A stretch of DNA of 64,000 nt from NCBI GenBank assembly GCA_963703315.1, contig OY969811.1, positions 96,001-160,000 on the forward strand, written 5' to 3'. The position numbers and the translations under genes are program-made. The notes under the pieces were generated by a model. The model made no database searches, was not told the DNA's origin, and saw only the letters and a program-made list of their open reading frames with translations. Positions 1-10,517 of the stretch are shown one piece after another (the first letter of the stretch is position 1; each line of letters starts with the position of its first letter). The DNA comes from an uncultured cyanobacterium. Its GTDB lineage: Bacteria > Cyanobacteriota > Cyanobacteriia > Pseudanabaenales > Pseudanabaenaceae.

Positions 1-301
1 CATGTGGATCAATCGGGGTGAGGGGCGAGAGGGCATCGGATAGGCTTGGCGATGTCCAGATCGATTGAGTAGAGACAGCACGAGGTCTGAAGGGATTTAG
101 ATAAGAAATCGTCTGACCATTTTCTTGCCAATGGCGATAACGATCTAGCTCGTCATTGAGGCTCGCATCCAAACCAGCCAACGCTGTTTGCAAGACTGAA
201 GACTGAGCGATCGCTGGCAAAAACTCCGTCTCGGCAATAGAGACTTTGGGGTTACTGGGTTTAGCGATCGTGGGGGAGATGGTGGGACTCAATGTTTGCA
301 T
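1..301 (-). CDS. Partial ORF running off the window edge; conserved cyanobacterial hypothetical protein, possibly SPOR-domain family N-terminus
   Basis: ATG at 301, open to position 1: MQTLSPTISPTIAKPSNPKVSIAETEFLPAIAQSSVLQTALAGLDASLNDELDRYRHWQ. It starts 10 bp after the stop of the 312..932 gene. Not in the ORF track. Confidence 0.6.
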   Translation of the reverse strand, partial: MQTLSPTISPTIAKPSNPKVSIAETEFLPAIAQSSVLQTALAGLDASLNDELDRYRHWQENGQTISYLNPFRPRAVSTQSIWTSPSLSDALSPLTPIDPH

Positions 302-311
302 AATCTTTACC

Positions 312-932
312 TCAGGCAGGAACGGCGGTTTGAGCTAGGTAAATGTCTCGGATGTCTTCGGGAAGGGCATCTTCTAAGGCGTGATAAGCCTTGACTAGAA
401 GCTGTTTAACATCGCTAGCAGAGATGTTTTCGCCTTCAGCGTGTAAGTAGGCAGCGATACGAGTATGGCTCCACTGAAAAGTTTGAGACAACAATAGTAT
501 CAGACGTAGGTTACCTGCCATCTGATTTAAGGCTTGATTTAGGTAGCACCAAAAGACAGGAGGCGTGTCTTTGAGCGAATATTGAATGTCTTCGACAGGT
601 GGAACTTCGGCACGATTAATCATCATGGCGGCGATATTAATCAACCAACTTTGCAAGGATAGGCGTGGGTTATTGACTCGGAGGTCTAGCACCCGCATCT
701 CATGGTAGATATATTCCCAAGTCTTTACAAATAAGTAATCTGATTGCACAGGCGATCGCGTGGCTGTGCCAATCAGGGTATATAGCACCTGTCCATAGCG
801 ACAAAAAATCGCGGCAAAATATTGACCCTCTTCAGGATGTCTTTGAAATAGTGTCACGAGTTCGCGATCGCTTTTCTGGAAAAGCGCCTGAATCTTAGGG
901 TGATGAATTTCGGGAAGGGGGGGAAGCTGCAC
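312..932 (-). CDS. Sigma-70 (ECF-like) family protein, cyanobacterial conserved
   Basis: 'SDRELVTLFQRHPEEGQYFAAIFCRYG' region-2-like segment and a C-terminal region-4-like helix pattern. Likely start is GTG 932; the ORF is open to 983. Confidence 0.65.
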   Translation of the reverse strand: MQLPPLPEIHHPKIQALFQKSDRELVTLFQRHPEEGQYFAAIFCRYGQVLYTLIGTATRSPVQSDYLFVKTWEYIYHEMRVLDLRVNNPRLSLQSWLINIAAMMINRAEVPPVEDIQYSLKDTPPVFWCYLNQALNQMAGNLRLILLLSQTFQWSHTRIAAYLHAEGENISASDVKQLLVKAYHALEDALPEDIRDIYLAQTAVPA

Positions 933-1114
933 GGTCACGGCTATTGCTAGCTCACTGTATAAGTTTTCAATTTTGATGCACACATACTAGCAGCAAAGTA
1001 TGATAATGCAACCCGTACTTCGTACTAAATCCAAAAGTATCGCGCAGCACTTCTGGAAAGTGAGAGCTTGATGTATGTACAAGCTGACTACAGCTTTTTG
1101 GGGCGAGCTATGGG

Positions 1115-1726
1115 CTAAAAGTTAATACTCAGTAATAATTTAACGGTATTGCCTAGCCAAATCAGAGCAACGACACCGCCAGCGATCGCTAAGGGGACGA
1201 TGGCTAAGGCTTTCCAACTTTTAATACCTAATGCCACTGATGCGCTCCATATTTGCCAGATCACAAACCAGATGATTACCGCGATCGCCGCAGGGATACG
1301 ATAAGCAGACGATACACTCAGCGCAGGAGCCATAAATAGCCAAGGCAAACTGGCAAACCCTGTTAGTGTCAGCAACTCGACCAGTTGAACATTTTTTTGA
1401 AAAACACTAGCTAATTGTTGCAGAAGAAATGTGAAAAATAGCCAGCCGATTACACTACTAATCACCGAGCCGATGATGCTGAAAATAGAAATCTGATTGA
1501 GGCGCAGGGTTTCTAAAACATTGACCAGAGCAATAATAGTTGCCGCTTGTACCAAGCTCGGATCAGACTTAAGTTGCTCAAAGGTGGCTTGGGGGAGGAA
1601 TAATACTCCATAGAGGCGATCGAGAAATGTCCCCAAATTTTGTGGCGATTGAGGCGAGTTAACATTTGCGTTGCTATCTATGGCAATCTCTGTGAAATCG
1701 TCAGAATTTGGCTCGGTGGGATTCAT
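1115..1726 (-). CDS. YIP1-family membrane protein
   Basis: 'LYGVLFLPQATF' N-terminal motif and about 5 hydrophobic helices. Confidence 0.7.
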   Translation of the reverse strand: MNPTEPNSDDFTEIAIDSNANVNSPQSPQNLGTFLDRLYGVLFLPQATFEQLKSDPSLVQAATIIALVNVLETLRLNQISIFSIIGSVISSVIGWLFFTFLLQQLASVFQKNVQLVELLTLTGFASLPWLFMAPALSVSSAYRIPAAIAVIIWFVIWQIWSASVALGIKSWKALAIVPLAIAGGVVALIWLGNTVKLLLSINF

Positions 1727-1784
1727 AAAAGCTAATGGTTACGTTGATTAAGTCGAACTTTGCCGTGATTTTGTCTTAATCTAA

Positions 1785-1887
1785 TAAGTAGCTGGGCATA
1801 GTTAAAAAACAGAGCTAAAACCTGTGGCGCTCACTGCACGTGCGCCATAGGTTTCAGGGTTTCTATTTAATTGCGCCCAGCTACTTA
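1785..1887. mobile_element. MITE-like family A, complete copy (TA-AGTAGCTGGGC...GCCCAGCTACT-TA with central hairpin)
   Basis: Terminal inverted repeats plus an internal hairpin. Related copies at 4560, 19621, 25436 and 43128; partial copies at 17225-17308, 46942 and about 51328. Confidence 0.8.
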
Positions 1888-1909
1888 CTAATTGCTAACT
1901 GACTTTAAC

Positions 1910-3247
1910 ATGATTGACCTTGATACTACGCAACCCCATCATCTCCTCAATATTGATGCTAACCAATTGCCACAAGGCTTACGGGGCAGAATTACTATTC
2001 CAGGAGATAAATCGATCTCGCATCGGGCGTTAATGCTTGGCTCACTGGCTGAGGGAGAAACTAAAATTCGCGGTCTACTACTAGGTGAAGATCCCCGTAG
2101 TACGGCGGCTTGTTTTACCGCGATGGGGGCGGAAATATCAGAACTTAATTCTGAACTAGTAACGGTTAGGGGAATTGGACTAGGTAACCTGAAGGAACCT
2201 GTAGATGTGCTGAATGCAGGAAATTCGGGAACAACTTTGCGCTTAATGTTAGGAATTTTGGCAAGTCATCCCGATCGCTTTTTTACAGTGACAGGTGATG
2301 CTTCATTGCGATCGCGCCCGATGTCTCGTGTAGTCAATCCTTTACGCCAAATGGGAGCGCATATATGGGGTAGAGAAAATGGAGCAAAAGCGCCCCTCGC
2401 TATTTCAGGACAAAACCTCAAAGCTATTCACTATCAATCCCCTGTCGCTTCGGCACAGGTCAAGTCCTGCATTATGTTGGCAGGTTTAATGACTGACGGG
2501 GAGACAATTATTACCGAGCCAGAGCGATCGCGCGATCATAGCGAAAGAATGCTGGCGGCTTTTGGCGCAAAAATAACTGTAGATGTGAATAGCAATACCG
2601 TCTCTGTCAAAGGTGGGGCAAAGTTAATAGGACAAGAAGTAACCGTCCCTGGAGACATTAGCTCAGCCGCATTTTGGTTAGTAGCCGCTTCGATCGTTCC
2701 CAATTCTGACTTAGTAATTGAGAATGTCGGTATTAATCCTACTCGTACAGGTGTATTGGAAGTTCTTGCGGAGATGGGAGCTGATATTACCTATGAGAAC
2801 CAACGGGAAGTTACAGGTGAACCTGTCGCCGACTTACACGTTCGTTCTGCCTCTCTCAAGGCTTGTAGGATTGGTGGGGCGGTGATCCCTAGACTGATTG
2901 ATGAGATTCCAATTTTAGCGATCGCTGCTAGTTGTGCCGAAGGAACGACAATCATCGAAGATGCCGAAGAGTTGCGCGTTAAAGAAAGCGATCGCATTGT
3001 GGCAATGGTCAAAGAACTAACTAAACTCGGAGCGCATATTACCGAACGCCCTGACGGTATGGAGATTGTTGGTGGTAAAGCCCTTACTGGCGCTGAAGTT
3101 GATAGCTATGACGATCATCGAGTAGCAATGAGTTTAGCGATCGCGGCTTTAGTTGCCAAAGGCAAGACTTCGATCAATCGCGCCGAGTCCGCAGCTATTT
3201 CCTATCCATCCTTTATTCCCACTTTACAAAGCTTGTACTCCAACTAG
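1910..3247 (+). CDS. aroA: 3-phosphoshikimate 1-carboxyvinyltransferase (EPSP synthase)
   Basis: Motifs [35 protein letters not shown] and DDHRVAM. Confidence 0.98.
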   Translation: MIDLDTTQPHHLLNIDANQLPQGLRGRITIPGDKSISHRALMLGSLAEGETKIRGLLLGEDPRSTAACFTAMGAEISELNSELVTVRGIGLGNLKEPVDVLNAGNSGTTLRLMLGILASHPDRFFTVTGDASLRSRPMSRVVNPLRQMGAHIWGRENGAKAPLAISGQNLKAIHYQSPVASAQVKSCIMLAGLMTDGETIITEPERSRDHSERMLAAFGAKITVDVNSNTVSVKGGAKLIGQEVTVPGDISSAAFWLVAASIVPNSDLVIENVGINPTRTGVLEVLAEMGADITYENQREVTGEPVADLHVRSASLKACRIGGAVIPRLIDEIPILAIAASCAEGTTIIEDAEELRVKESDRIVAMVKELTKLGAHITERPDGMEIVGGKALTGAEVDSYDDHRVAMSLAIAALVAKGKTSINRAESAAISYPSFIPTLQSLYSN

Positions 3248-3248
3248 T

Positions 3249-4541
3249 TAGGGCAACCGCACACGTTTCTTAACAATTAACGAGATTTAGACAGCGACTA
3301 TGTTTAAGGTACTCAGGATATCCTTAAGATAGTTGTTGTTCCAGCCAGCTTTAAGACGTTTTGTCTTGACACCGACCTTACTGTTTTTATCTCTTGACAA
3401 CAAATTTAAACTGATATGACGTATAACAGCCAAGTTTTCGGCAATATAGCCTCGGCAGGATTGCGAAGCATCTTCACCAAAACCAACATCAAGAATCCAA
3501 TGTAGTTGATTTTCAATACTCCAGTGATTTCTGACAGATTGGGAAAATCTGTGGACATCACTCTCAAGACTAAGCAGATAGTATCGCTGCTCAGTAGAAA
3601 TAATTCCATTTATAATGCGCTCTGATTCAACCATACCAATACTTTTCAAACCTATCCATTTCTCTGCACCGATTAAGTATTCGGTATTACCCATTGTCCA
3701 ATAGCGACGAGTTTCAATGCGCCCATGTCCTTTCTCAACCGTTTCATAGAACTGATGTTCAATATTTTTGAAGTTCTGTTCTCGTGCAGAGGTAAATAGT
3801 TCACGCACATCTTTATGGAGATTACCTTGATTGCCTTTCAGTGCTAACACATAATCTGCTCCCTCTTCGATGATTGTTTTCGCGATTTCGGTCTGACATC
3901 CCATTGCATCTATGCTCACCACACAACCTCGTATCGCTAACATTTTTAGCAATGATGGAATCGCTGTTATTTCATTGGATTTCTCGTCCACTTTTTGCTG
4001 TCCCAATACCAAATGTTGTGATGCTGACCACACACTCACCATATGAATCAGACTACGCGAATTTCCTGCTTCCTTTGCTCCTCTCAGGGTTTTGCCATCT
4101 ATGTTTATCAATTCTCCGTCGGTGGATTCATGGACTGCTTCCATCCAGCTAATAAAGCTTTTTTGCAATGCTTCTGGCTTCAGTCTCGCAAATAATCTCT
4201 CGAATGTATCTACTGACGGTATGCCGTTTGCTAATTCCAAAAATGTCTTTAACCATTCTTCTTTCTCTTTGCCATATTCGGCGATTGCTACGAAGTTATC
4301 GGCTCCACAGATCACTGCACAAATCGTGATTATCAATATGTCGAGTAGCTTATGCAGGATACTGTGTGCTGCTCTGGGATCTTGCAAGTTCCCAAAGTGG
4401 GTTTCGATTAATCCGACGGGACTGACTGTTGCTAGCATTTTGGACTTATCTTTCTAAATATCCTCAATTCTCCCGTTTCTCCCTTTTTTCCTCGTTAAGA
4501 AATGTTCGCTAGTTTGTTAAGAAACGTGTGCGGTTGCCCTA
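3249..4541 (-). mobile_element. Complete ISAs1-family insertion sequence (1293 bp)
   Basis: Perfect 28-bp terminal IRs TAGGGCAACCGCACACGTTTCTTAACAA (3249-3276 and 4514-4541). 10-bp direct repeat TCCAACTAGT at 3239-3248 and 4542-4551. Confidence 0.95.
3287..4438 (-). CDS. ISAs1-family DDE transposase
   Basis: Motifs DPR, IDGKTLRG, KSNEITAIP, IDAMGCQ, LKGNQ, HGRIETR and HWSIENQLHW-LDV. Confidence 0.97.
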   Translation of the reverse strand: MLATVSPVGLIETHFGNLQDPRAAHSILHKLLDILIITICAVICGADNFVAIAEYGKEKEEWLKTFLELANGIPSVDTFERLFARLKPEALQKSFISWMEAVHESTDGELINIDGKTLRGAKEAGNSRSLIHMVSVWSASQHLVLGQQKVDEKSNEITAIPSLLKMLAIRGCVVSIDAMGCQTEIAKTIIEEGADYVLALKGNQGNLHKDVRELFTSAREQNFKNIEHQFYETVEKGHGRIETRRYWTMGNTEYLIGAEKWIGLKSIGMVESERIINGIISTEQRYYLLSLESDVHRFSQSVRNHWSIENQLHWILDVGFGEDASQSCRGYIAENLAVIRHISLNLLSRDKNSKVGVKTKRLKAGWNNNYLKDILSTLNIVAV

Positions 4542-4559
4542 TCCAACTAGTACCAAAAC

Positions 4560-4663
4560 TAAGTAGCTAGGCATAAGTAAACTTAAAACCTAGAAGCTTG
4601 TGCCGCACGCTTAGCGTGCGGCACAAGCTCTCGTTTTGGGTTTTAACTATGCCTAGCTACTTA
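4560..4663. mobile_element. MITE family A copy inserted at a TA inside a family B element
   Basis: TA|AGTAGCTAGGCATA...TATGCCTAGCTACT|TA splits the family B motif TACCAAAAC-TA-AAAATGGC. Confidence 0.85.
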
Positions 4664-4713
4664 AAAATGGCTCCACCATTTTTAGTTTTAAAAAACCTTA
4701 GAAGTTACGTATT

Positions 4714-4748
4714 TTTAGAGTGGTGGCGCGAAGCGCCACCACTCTAAA
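4714..4748. repeat. GC-rich perfect palindrome with GAA loop (REP-like or terminator)
   Basis: TTTAGAGTGGTGGCGC-GAA-GCGCCACCACTCTAAA, just downstream of the fbp stop. Confidence 0.75.
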
Positions 4749-4767
4749 CTATCTAAATTGGATAGTC

Positions 4768-5796
4768 CTATTTATTTAAAAATGACTCTACTACTTTGAC
4801 ATTCTCAGAACTGCCGATAATTAATGGTGTACGGGTATGGAGCTTCTCAGGAATCACATCAAGAATTTCTTGAGTTCCCGTAGTAGCTCGACCACCTGCT
4901 TGCTCAACTAAAAAGGCTAAGGGAGCAGACTCATAAAGTAACCGCAATTTTCCATCTGCATGACCAACTGTACCAGGATAGAGAAACACACCTCCCTGAA
5001 AGAGAATCCGATGGATATCCGCAACTAGCGCTCCCGAATAACGGGCAGTATTGCCAGCTTGTCGATGGATATAGCGTACATATTCACGCATGGGTTCTTC
5101 CCATTGCCAGAAGTTTCCTTCATTTACACTATAAATTGAACCCTTTAGAGGAATGTGAATATTCTCTTGAGATAGAATAAATTCTCCAATACTAGGATCG
5201 AGTGTAAAAGCGTGAACACCTTTACCAATGGAATAAACTAGCATTGTACTAGTACCGTAAAGAATATAACCAGCCCCAATTTGCTTGCGTCCAGATTGTA
5301 ATAAATCTAGAGCTTCTCCTGACTCATCATTTCCCTCTTGTTGCCGAATCGAAAAGATAGAACCGATCGCTAAATTTACGTCAATATTGCTAGAGCCATC
5401 GATGGGATCATAGAGCAAAGTATAGCGACCTATGGGACAATTTTCAGGAATATAGTAGGGCTTTTCCATTTCTTCGGAAGCCAAACGACAGACTAGACCA
5501 CTTTGCTCAAAGGCGCGGAGAAAAACCCGATTAGCGTAGCGATCCATCGTTTTTACCGCTTCACCCTGCACATTAATCTCACCTGTTACGCCCAGCACAT
5601 TTTCGACTAAACCTGCACGGCTTAAGTGTCTAGCGATCGTTTTACCTGCTAACCCAATCCGCCCCATCAATGCACTAAGGTCATAGGATGTCGCAGAAAA
5701 TGTCCCAAACTGCGAGAGGACGTGCTGCGAAAGGGTCGTAAAGTCACGTTCAAGGACAATCTCTTCCGCAGGGTTGAGTCTGGTAGAATCGGTCAT
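4768..5796 (-). CDS. fbp: Class 1 fructose-1,6-bisphosphatase
   Basis: Motifs [36 protein letters not shown] and GKLRLLYE. Confidence 0.96.
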   Translation of the reverse strand: MTDSTRLNPAEEIVLERDFTTLSQHVLSQFGTFSATSYDLSALMGRIGLAGKTIARHLSRAGLVENVLGVTGEINVQGEAVKTMDRYANRVFLRAFEQSGLVCRLASEEMEKPYYIPENCPIGRYTLLYDPIDGSSNIDVNLAIGSIFSIRQQEGNDESGEALDLLQSGRKQIGAGYILYGTSTMLVYSIGKGVHAFTLDPSIGEFILSQENIHIPLKGSIYSVNEGNFWQWEEPMREYVRYIHRQAGNTARYSGALVADIHRILFQGGVFLYPGTVGHADGKLRLLYESAPLAFLVEQAGGRATTGTQEILDVIPEKLHTRTPLIIGSSENVKVVESFLNK

Positions 5797-5969
5797 GGTG
5801 CGATTACCTTAATTCTTCTTTTCCCTTATTAGTCTAATTCATCTAGCGTTTTTCATGAAGTATAGCTGTCGCCAGTCTTAAACCAGAAGACGAGTTGCGG
5901 CGCAACTCGTCTTCTGGAATGCTGATCGCTTGAAAATTCCTATAGTATTGTTCCAATACAGAAATAATC

Positions 5970-7190
5970 ATGAGTATTTGTTCTAGTTGCCAAGCCGTAA
6001 ATCCTGATAGTTATCAATTTTGTCAATCTTGCGGCACTAAAATTCTTGTAGATACCTCCTCTATGAATATTCTTGGAGAAGAAGCTCTTAAACCTTCTTC
6101 CACTCCCACTATGCCCCTAAATTTAGAGAATATCTTAGAAGAGATCCAGATTCAGGTAGAAGAATTGGCATCTTCTCAACTAGAGGGAAATTCAGCACAA
6201 TCACCACAGCGATCGCTAGAAGAAACAACTTCAACATCAAGTGCAGTAGATTTAGCAAAAGATTTAGCAAATACTAATCCCGAACTACCAACGGTTATCC
6301 ATCCTCGCATAGGTTCGACAATGCACTTGCAGGATATAGTCTATGCTGGCAAGACTGATGTTGGTAGACAACGCGATCGCAATGAAGATGACTTTGTGAC
6401 AATTTTGCAAACTCGCTGCATTAATGGCAAAAGTCAAACTAGCGATCACAGTTATCGAGGGTTATTTGTATTGTGTGATGGTATGGGGGGACATGATGGG
6501 GGGACAGAGGCAAGTGCGATCGCCGTTAACTCTATTACTGAGCAGTTTCAACCATTTTGGAGCGCTACTTTGCCAGGGGCGAAAAAACTCAATGAAGTGA
6601 TCACTAAGGCTAATCAGGAAATTTTTGAAAGGAATGAAAGTGAGCAACGCCAAGATCTCAGCAGAATGGGAACAACTTTGGTGATGTTGGCAGTTCATGA
6701 TCTGGAAGTGGCGATCGCCCATGTTGGGGATAGTCGCATCTATAAAGTGACGAATAGCACCAATAGTCAAAATTCCCCAACTGAAAATTCTGATAATTCT
6801 TTAGAGTCTGCCCATCCCCAATTAGAGCAAATAACTCGTGATCATGAAGTTCTCAACCAATTACTAGATCTGGGAATGGATTTTGAGTCTGCCTCAACGC
6901 GACCGAATGCTCATCAATTAACTCAAGCGTTAGGACCTAATTCAGGCGATCGCCTTGAACCTGCTATTCAGTTTTTCGCACTTACTGAACCAGCTTTATT
7001 TTTACTCTGTTCCGATGGGTTGTGTGACAACGATGCGATCGAGCAGAACTGGCAAACCCATTTACTACCGATTTTAAATCAGGAGATTGATATCGAAACG
7101 GGTTTAGACAATCTGATTGAGTTAGGAAATAACGTCAATGGTCATGATAATCTCACCGCGATTCTGGTTTTATGCAATCTTGTTGCTTAA
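5970..7190 (+). CDS. PP2C-family Ser/Thr phosphatase with N-terminal zinc ribbon
   Basis: CSSC...CQSCG at the N-terminus; TDVGRQR-NED, LCDGMGGH, HVGDSR, LCSDGL and GHDNLT. Confidence 0.92.
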   Translation: MSICSSCQAVNPDSYQFCQSCGTKILVDTSSMNILGEEALKPSSTPTMPLNLENILEEIQIQVEELASSQLEGNSAQSPQRSLEETTSTSSAVDLAKDLANTNPELPTVIHPRIGSTMHLQDIVYAGKTDVGRQRDRNEDDFVTILQTRCINGKSQTSDHSYRGLFVLCDGMGGHDGGTEASAIAVNSITEQFQPFWSATLPGAKKLNEVITKANQEIFERNESEQRQDLSRMGTTLVMLAVHDLEVAIAHVGDSRIYKVTNSTNSQNSPTENSDNSLESAHPQLEQITRDHEVLNQLLDLGMDFESASTRPNAHQLTQALGPNSGDRLEPAIQFFALTEPALFLLCSDGLCDNDAIEQNWQTHLLPILNQEIDIETGLDNLIELGNNVNGHDNLTAILVLCNLVA

Positions 7191-7211
7191 GTCTCTTTGT
7201 TACAAAAAAAG

Positions 7212-7248
7212 TTACAAAAAAACCTCGCATTGCGAGGTTTTTTTGTAA
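7212..7248. terminator. Bidirectional intrinsic terminator between the PP2C gene and rpsI
   Basis: TTACAAAAAAACCTCGCA-T-TGCGAGGTTTTTTTGTAA, with T-tracts on both strands. Confidence 0.8.
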
Positions 7249-7662
7249 TTACCGTTTCGAGTATTGAGGAGCCTTACGAGCTTTCTTAAGTCCGTATTTC
7301 TTACGTTCCTTAGAACGAGGATCGCGGGTTAAGTAACCTTCAACCTTGAGAGGCTTACGATTTTCGGGAGCCAATTCAACCAATGCACGAGCCACACCCA
7401 ATTTGATTGCGTCAGCTTGACCTGTGACACCACCACCATGAGCATTGACCAAAACATCATACTCATTTTCCAAGCCCAAGGTTTCCAGAGGAGCCTTAAC
7501 ACCTGAAATGTAGCTGGGGTTGAACTGCAAGTACAGATCACCAGGTTTGCCATTGATCACGATTTTGCCTTCGCCTGGAACAAGACGCACACGAGCGATC
7601 GCTCTTTTACGACGACCAGTACCCCAGTAAACAGCACGATTAGAACGTTCAGTATCTGACAT
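7249..7662 (-). CDS. rpsI: 30S ribosomal protein S9
   Basis: [33 protein letters not shown]. Confidence 0.99.
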   Translation of the reverse strand: MSDTERSNRAVYWGTGRRKRAIARVRLVPGEGKIVINGKPGDLYLQFNPSYISGVKAPLETLGLENEYDVLVNAHGGGVTGQADAIKLGVARALVELAPENRKPLKVEGYLTRDPRSKERKKYGLKKARKAPQYSKR

Positions 7663-7674
7663 CAGTTATTTCTC

Positions 7675-8142
7675 CTACTTCTGCGATGGAATGGTATTGA
7701 TCACCAAGGTTTCAGGCTGTTGTGCCTCATGGGGATGGCTAGCACCCTTATAAACCTTGAGTTTAGTGAAAAGCTGACGACCGAGGGTATTCTTCGGCAA
7801 CATACCCTTAATGGCGTGTTCAAGCACACGCTCAGGTACACGGGCAATTACCTTATCAAAGGTTTCAGTCTTCATTCCACCTGGGCGACCAGAATGTCTT
7901 CTGTATAGCTTTTGAGTGGATTTCTTCCCAGTGACGGCAATTTTTTCAGCGTTGATCACAACGACAAAATCGCCAGTATCCAAGTGAGGCGTATAGATGG
8001 GCTTATTTTTACCGCGCAAGATTACCGCGATCGCACTAGCTAACCGTCCGAGGCGTTGACCTTCGGCATCGATAATGTACCATTTGCGGTCTGGCTCTTT
8101 GGGTAAGTAGCTTTTATTAGGAGTGATGGTAGTTGTAGTCAT
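7675..8142 (-). CDS. rplM: 50S ribosomal protein L13
   Basis: [34 protein letters not shown]. Confidence 0.99.
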   Translation of the reverse strand: MTTTTITPNKSYLPKEPDRKWYIIDAEGQRLGRLASAIAVILRGKNKPIYTPHLDTGDFVVVINAEKIAVTGKKSTQKLYRRHSGRPGGMKTETFDKVIARVPERVLEHAIKGMLPKNTLGRQLFTKLKVYKGASHPHEAQQPETLVINTIPSQK

Positions 8143-8177
8143 GAGTTTCTCTACAAACGAATTTTTCTATGAAAATT

Positions 8178-9002
8178 TTATTTAGTTTTTGTTTGACTTG
8201 ATATTTGCAAAATATTTGCAAACTCTGCAAATGGGTTATCGACATAGCCGATCGCTAATAAGCATAGTCCTTGCGGCGGTGCGGCATATTTAACTTCAAT
8301 ACGGCGCTTTTCTTGCCATCTGTTAGTAAAGTCAGCAATGGTCAGGCGTGAGCGCCCCACATCGACTAACTGCCCAACTAACAAGCGAATCATGCCATAC
8401 AGAAAACCACTTGCCTGAACTTCGACATGGACAAAATCGCCATCGCGCCAACATAATGCTTCTTGAAGCTCAAGACGACTATGGGGACGGCTTGAACCTG
8501 CTCTCTGGAACGCTGCCATATCCTGCTCGCCGAGCATTAGCTGCAAGGCTTGATGGATTAGCTGTTCGTCAAGGCGATCGTGGTAGTAGTGCCAACTAAA
8601 CTGCTTCACAAATAAATTCGGAATTGCGGCTGTGTAAATCGTGTAACGATAACGTCGCCATGTTGCCGAAAATCTAGCGTGCCAGTCGGAAGCCACTTCT
8701 GTCGATCCGCAGATCAAGATGTCTTCGGGCAGGTAACTATTTAGCACCTTTGCCCAACGTTGAGGAGGGATGAAGCTAGATGTATCAAAATGCGCCACTT
8801 GAGCCGCAGCATGAACACCTGTATCTGTTCTACCTGCACTATGCAAAACCGTTGGCTTTCCGCAGATCTGAGCGATCGCTTCTTCAATGGTTTGTTGCAC
8901 GGAGGGATGATGGGGCTGTCTTTGCCACCCGTAATAATGTGTACCGAGGTATTGAATAGCCAAAGCCACACGGCGGGAAGACTCAGAATCAGCAGCAAAC
9001 AT
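8178..9002 (-). CDS. truA: tRNA pseudouridine(38-40) synthase
   Basis: GWQRQ, AGRTDTGVHA, FLYGMIR and APPQGL. Confidence 0.97.
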   Translation of the reverse strand: MFAADSESSRRVALAIQYLGTHYYGWQRQPHHPSVQQTIEEAIAQICGKPTVLHSAGRTDTGVHAAAQVAHFDTSSFIPPQRWAKVLNSYLPEDILICGSTEVASDWHARFSATWRRYRYTIYTAAIPNLFVKQFSWHYYHDRLDEQLIHQALQLMLGEQDMAAFQRAGSSRPHSRLELQEALCWRDGDFVHVEVQASGFLYGMIRLLVGQLVDVGRSRLTIADFTNRWQEKRRIEVKYAAPPQGLCLLAIGYVDNPFAEFANILQISSQTKTK

Positions 9003-9019
9003 CTTTATCCAAGCTGATC

Positions 9020-9454
9020 TTATACGAGTTGCAAGATTGCAATTTCCGCATTGTCACCACGACGGTTAACGGTACGGACGATACGGGTATAACCACCGTT
9101 GCGATCAGCGTAACGTTCTTTAGCTTGGGTAAACAATAGGTCAACTAAGCTAGTTACACGCTCATCTTCAGGTAGTTGTTCTTGCTTTGTCTTGGTTTGG
9201 ACGCGATCGCTTACAGGTTCGCCATCCTTAACCGAGATATCGTATAGATAGGCGATCGCTTGACGGCGAGCGTGCAGAGAACCATTCTTCGCAAGGGTAA
9301 TAATATGGTCAGCAGTGGTGCGAACCGCATTAGCTCTAGCTCTGGTGGTTTTAATTTCGCCTCTGAGGATTAATTCAGTCGTCAAAGCACGGAGAAGCGC
9401 TTTACGCTGGTCAGCAGCTTTATTAAGCTGAGGGGTTTTATTACGGTGACGCAT
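9020..9454 (-). CDS. rplQ: 50S ribosomal protein L17, with an internal insertion
   Basis: MRHR start, IKTT and [11 protein letters not shown]...RRGDNA; located after rpoA. Confidence 0.97.
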   Translation of the reverse strand: MRHRNKTPQLNKAADQRKALLRALTTELILRGEIKTTRARANAVRTTADHIITLAKNGSLHARRQAIAYLYDISVKDGEPVSDRVQTKTKQEQLPEDERVTSLVDLLFTQAKERYADRNGGYTRIVRTVNRRGDNAEIAILQLV

Positions 9455-9496
9455 AGGTATGTACTAGATGGATATGAAACTCTTTACCGAGTTTGT

Positions 9497-10450
9497 TTAC
9501 AGAACTTTAGAAGCTTTAGACTCAGTTAAGGTCAAGCCAAGATGCTGTTTGAGGGCATCCATAACTTCTTCAGCCGACTTTTGACCAAAGTTTTTGATTT
9601 CCAGTAAATCGTCTTGGGTATATTCCAACAAATCAGCAACAGTATTAATCTGTGCACGTTTGAGACAGTTATAGGCTCTAACCGATAGTTGGAGTTCCTC
9701 AATATGAATCTGCTTAGTCTCATCCTGTTCGTCACGCTCTTGAGGCAGTGTTGGCGCAAGGGTGATTTCTTGTAAGGGTGAGAACAGATTCACTAATACA
9801 CTAGCTGCTTGGCTAAGTGCTTCTTGAGGAGTAATGCTACCGTTTGTCCAAATGTCGATTTGCAGACTCTCTTTATTGATCGCATCACCGATCCGAGCGT
9901 CCTTAATCTCATACTTGACCTTTCGCACAGGCATAAACACCGCATCAATTTTGAGGGTGTCAATAGGAGAACTGTGGTCTTCTTTAGAGCGATCTACGGA
10001 ACGATAACCTTTACCACGCTCAATTGTTAGTTCCATTTCCAAGGTTGCGCCCTCACTAAGAGTGGCGATGTATTGGTTAGGATTAACAATCTCGATATCA
10101 GATGGCAAAGAATGGAAGCTGGTAGCTGTAACTAGCTTTGGACCGCGCTCTACCAAACGAATGATCTGTGGTGCTGAGCTATAAGACTTCAACACTAGTT
10201 CTTTCAGGTTAAGCATCAAATCCAAAACGTCTTCCCGTACGCCTGGAATTGTCGCAAACTCATGGTTGACACCAGCAATGCGAACAGCAGTGACGGCCGC
10301 ACCCTCAAGATTGGAGAGCAATACCCGTCTGAGCGCATTTCCAATGGTAATGCCTTGCCCCCGATCTAGTGGCTCCAGTACGAATTGACTGTACTGGCTA
10401 TTGTCTTTTTCTGTGTGGGATGCAACGCACTCAACCTGAAACTGTGCCAT
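9497..10450 (-). CDS. rpoA: RNA polymerase alpha subunit
   Basis: EPLDRGQGITIGNALRRVLLS; LSVRAYNCLKRA; KNFGQKS. Confidence 0.99.
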   Translation of the reverse strand: MAQFQVECVASHTEKDNSQYSQFVLEPLDRGQGITIGNALRRVLLSNLEGAAVTAVRIAGVNHEFATIPGVREDVLDLMLNLKELVLKSYSSAPQIIRLVERGPKLVTATSFHSLPSDIEIVNPNQYIATLSEGATLEMELTIERGKGYRSVDRSKEDHSSPIDTLKIDAVFMPVRKVKYEIKDARIGDAINKESLQIDIWTNGSITPQEALSQAASVLVNLFSPLQEITLAPTLPQERDEQDETKQIHIEELQLSVRAYNCLKRAQINTVADLLEYTQDDLLEIKNFGQKSAEEVMDALKQHLGLTLTESKASKVL

Positions 10451-10517
10451 ATTTGTACCGACTTAGTCTGCAAGAGTAAACGAAAATCAAAGGGGAAAAT
10501 TAGAGAATTGAAATAAA

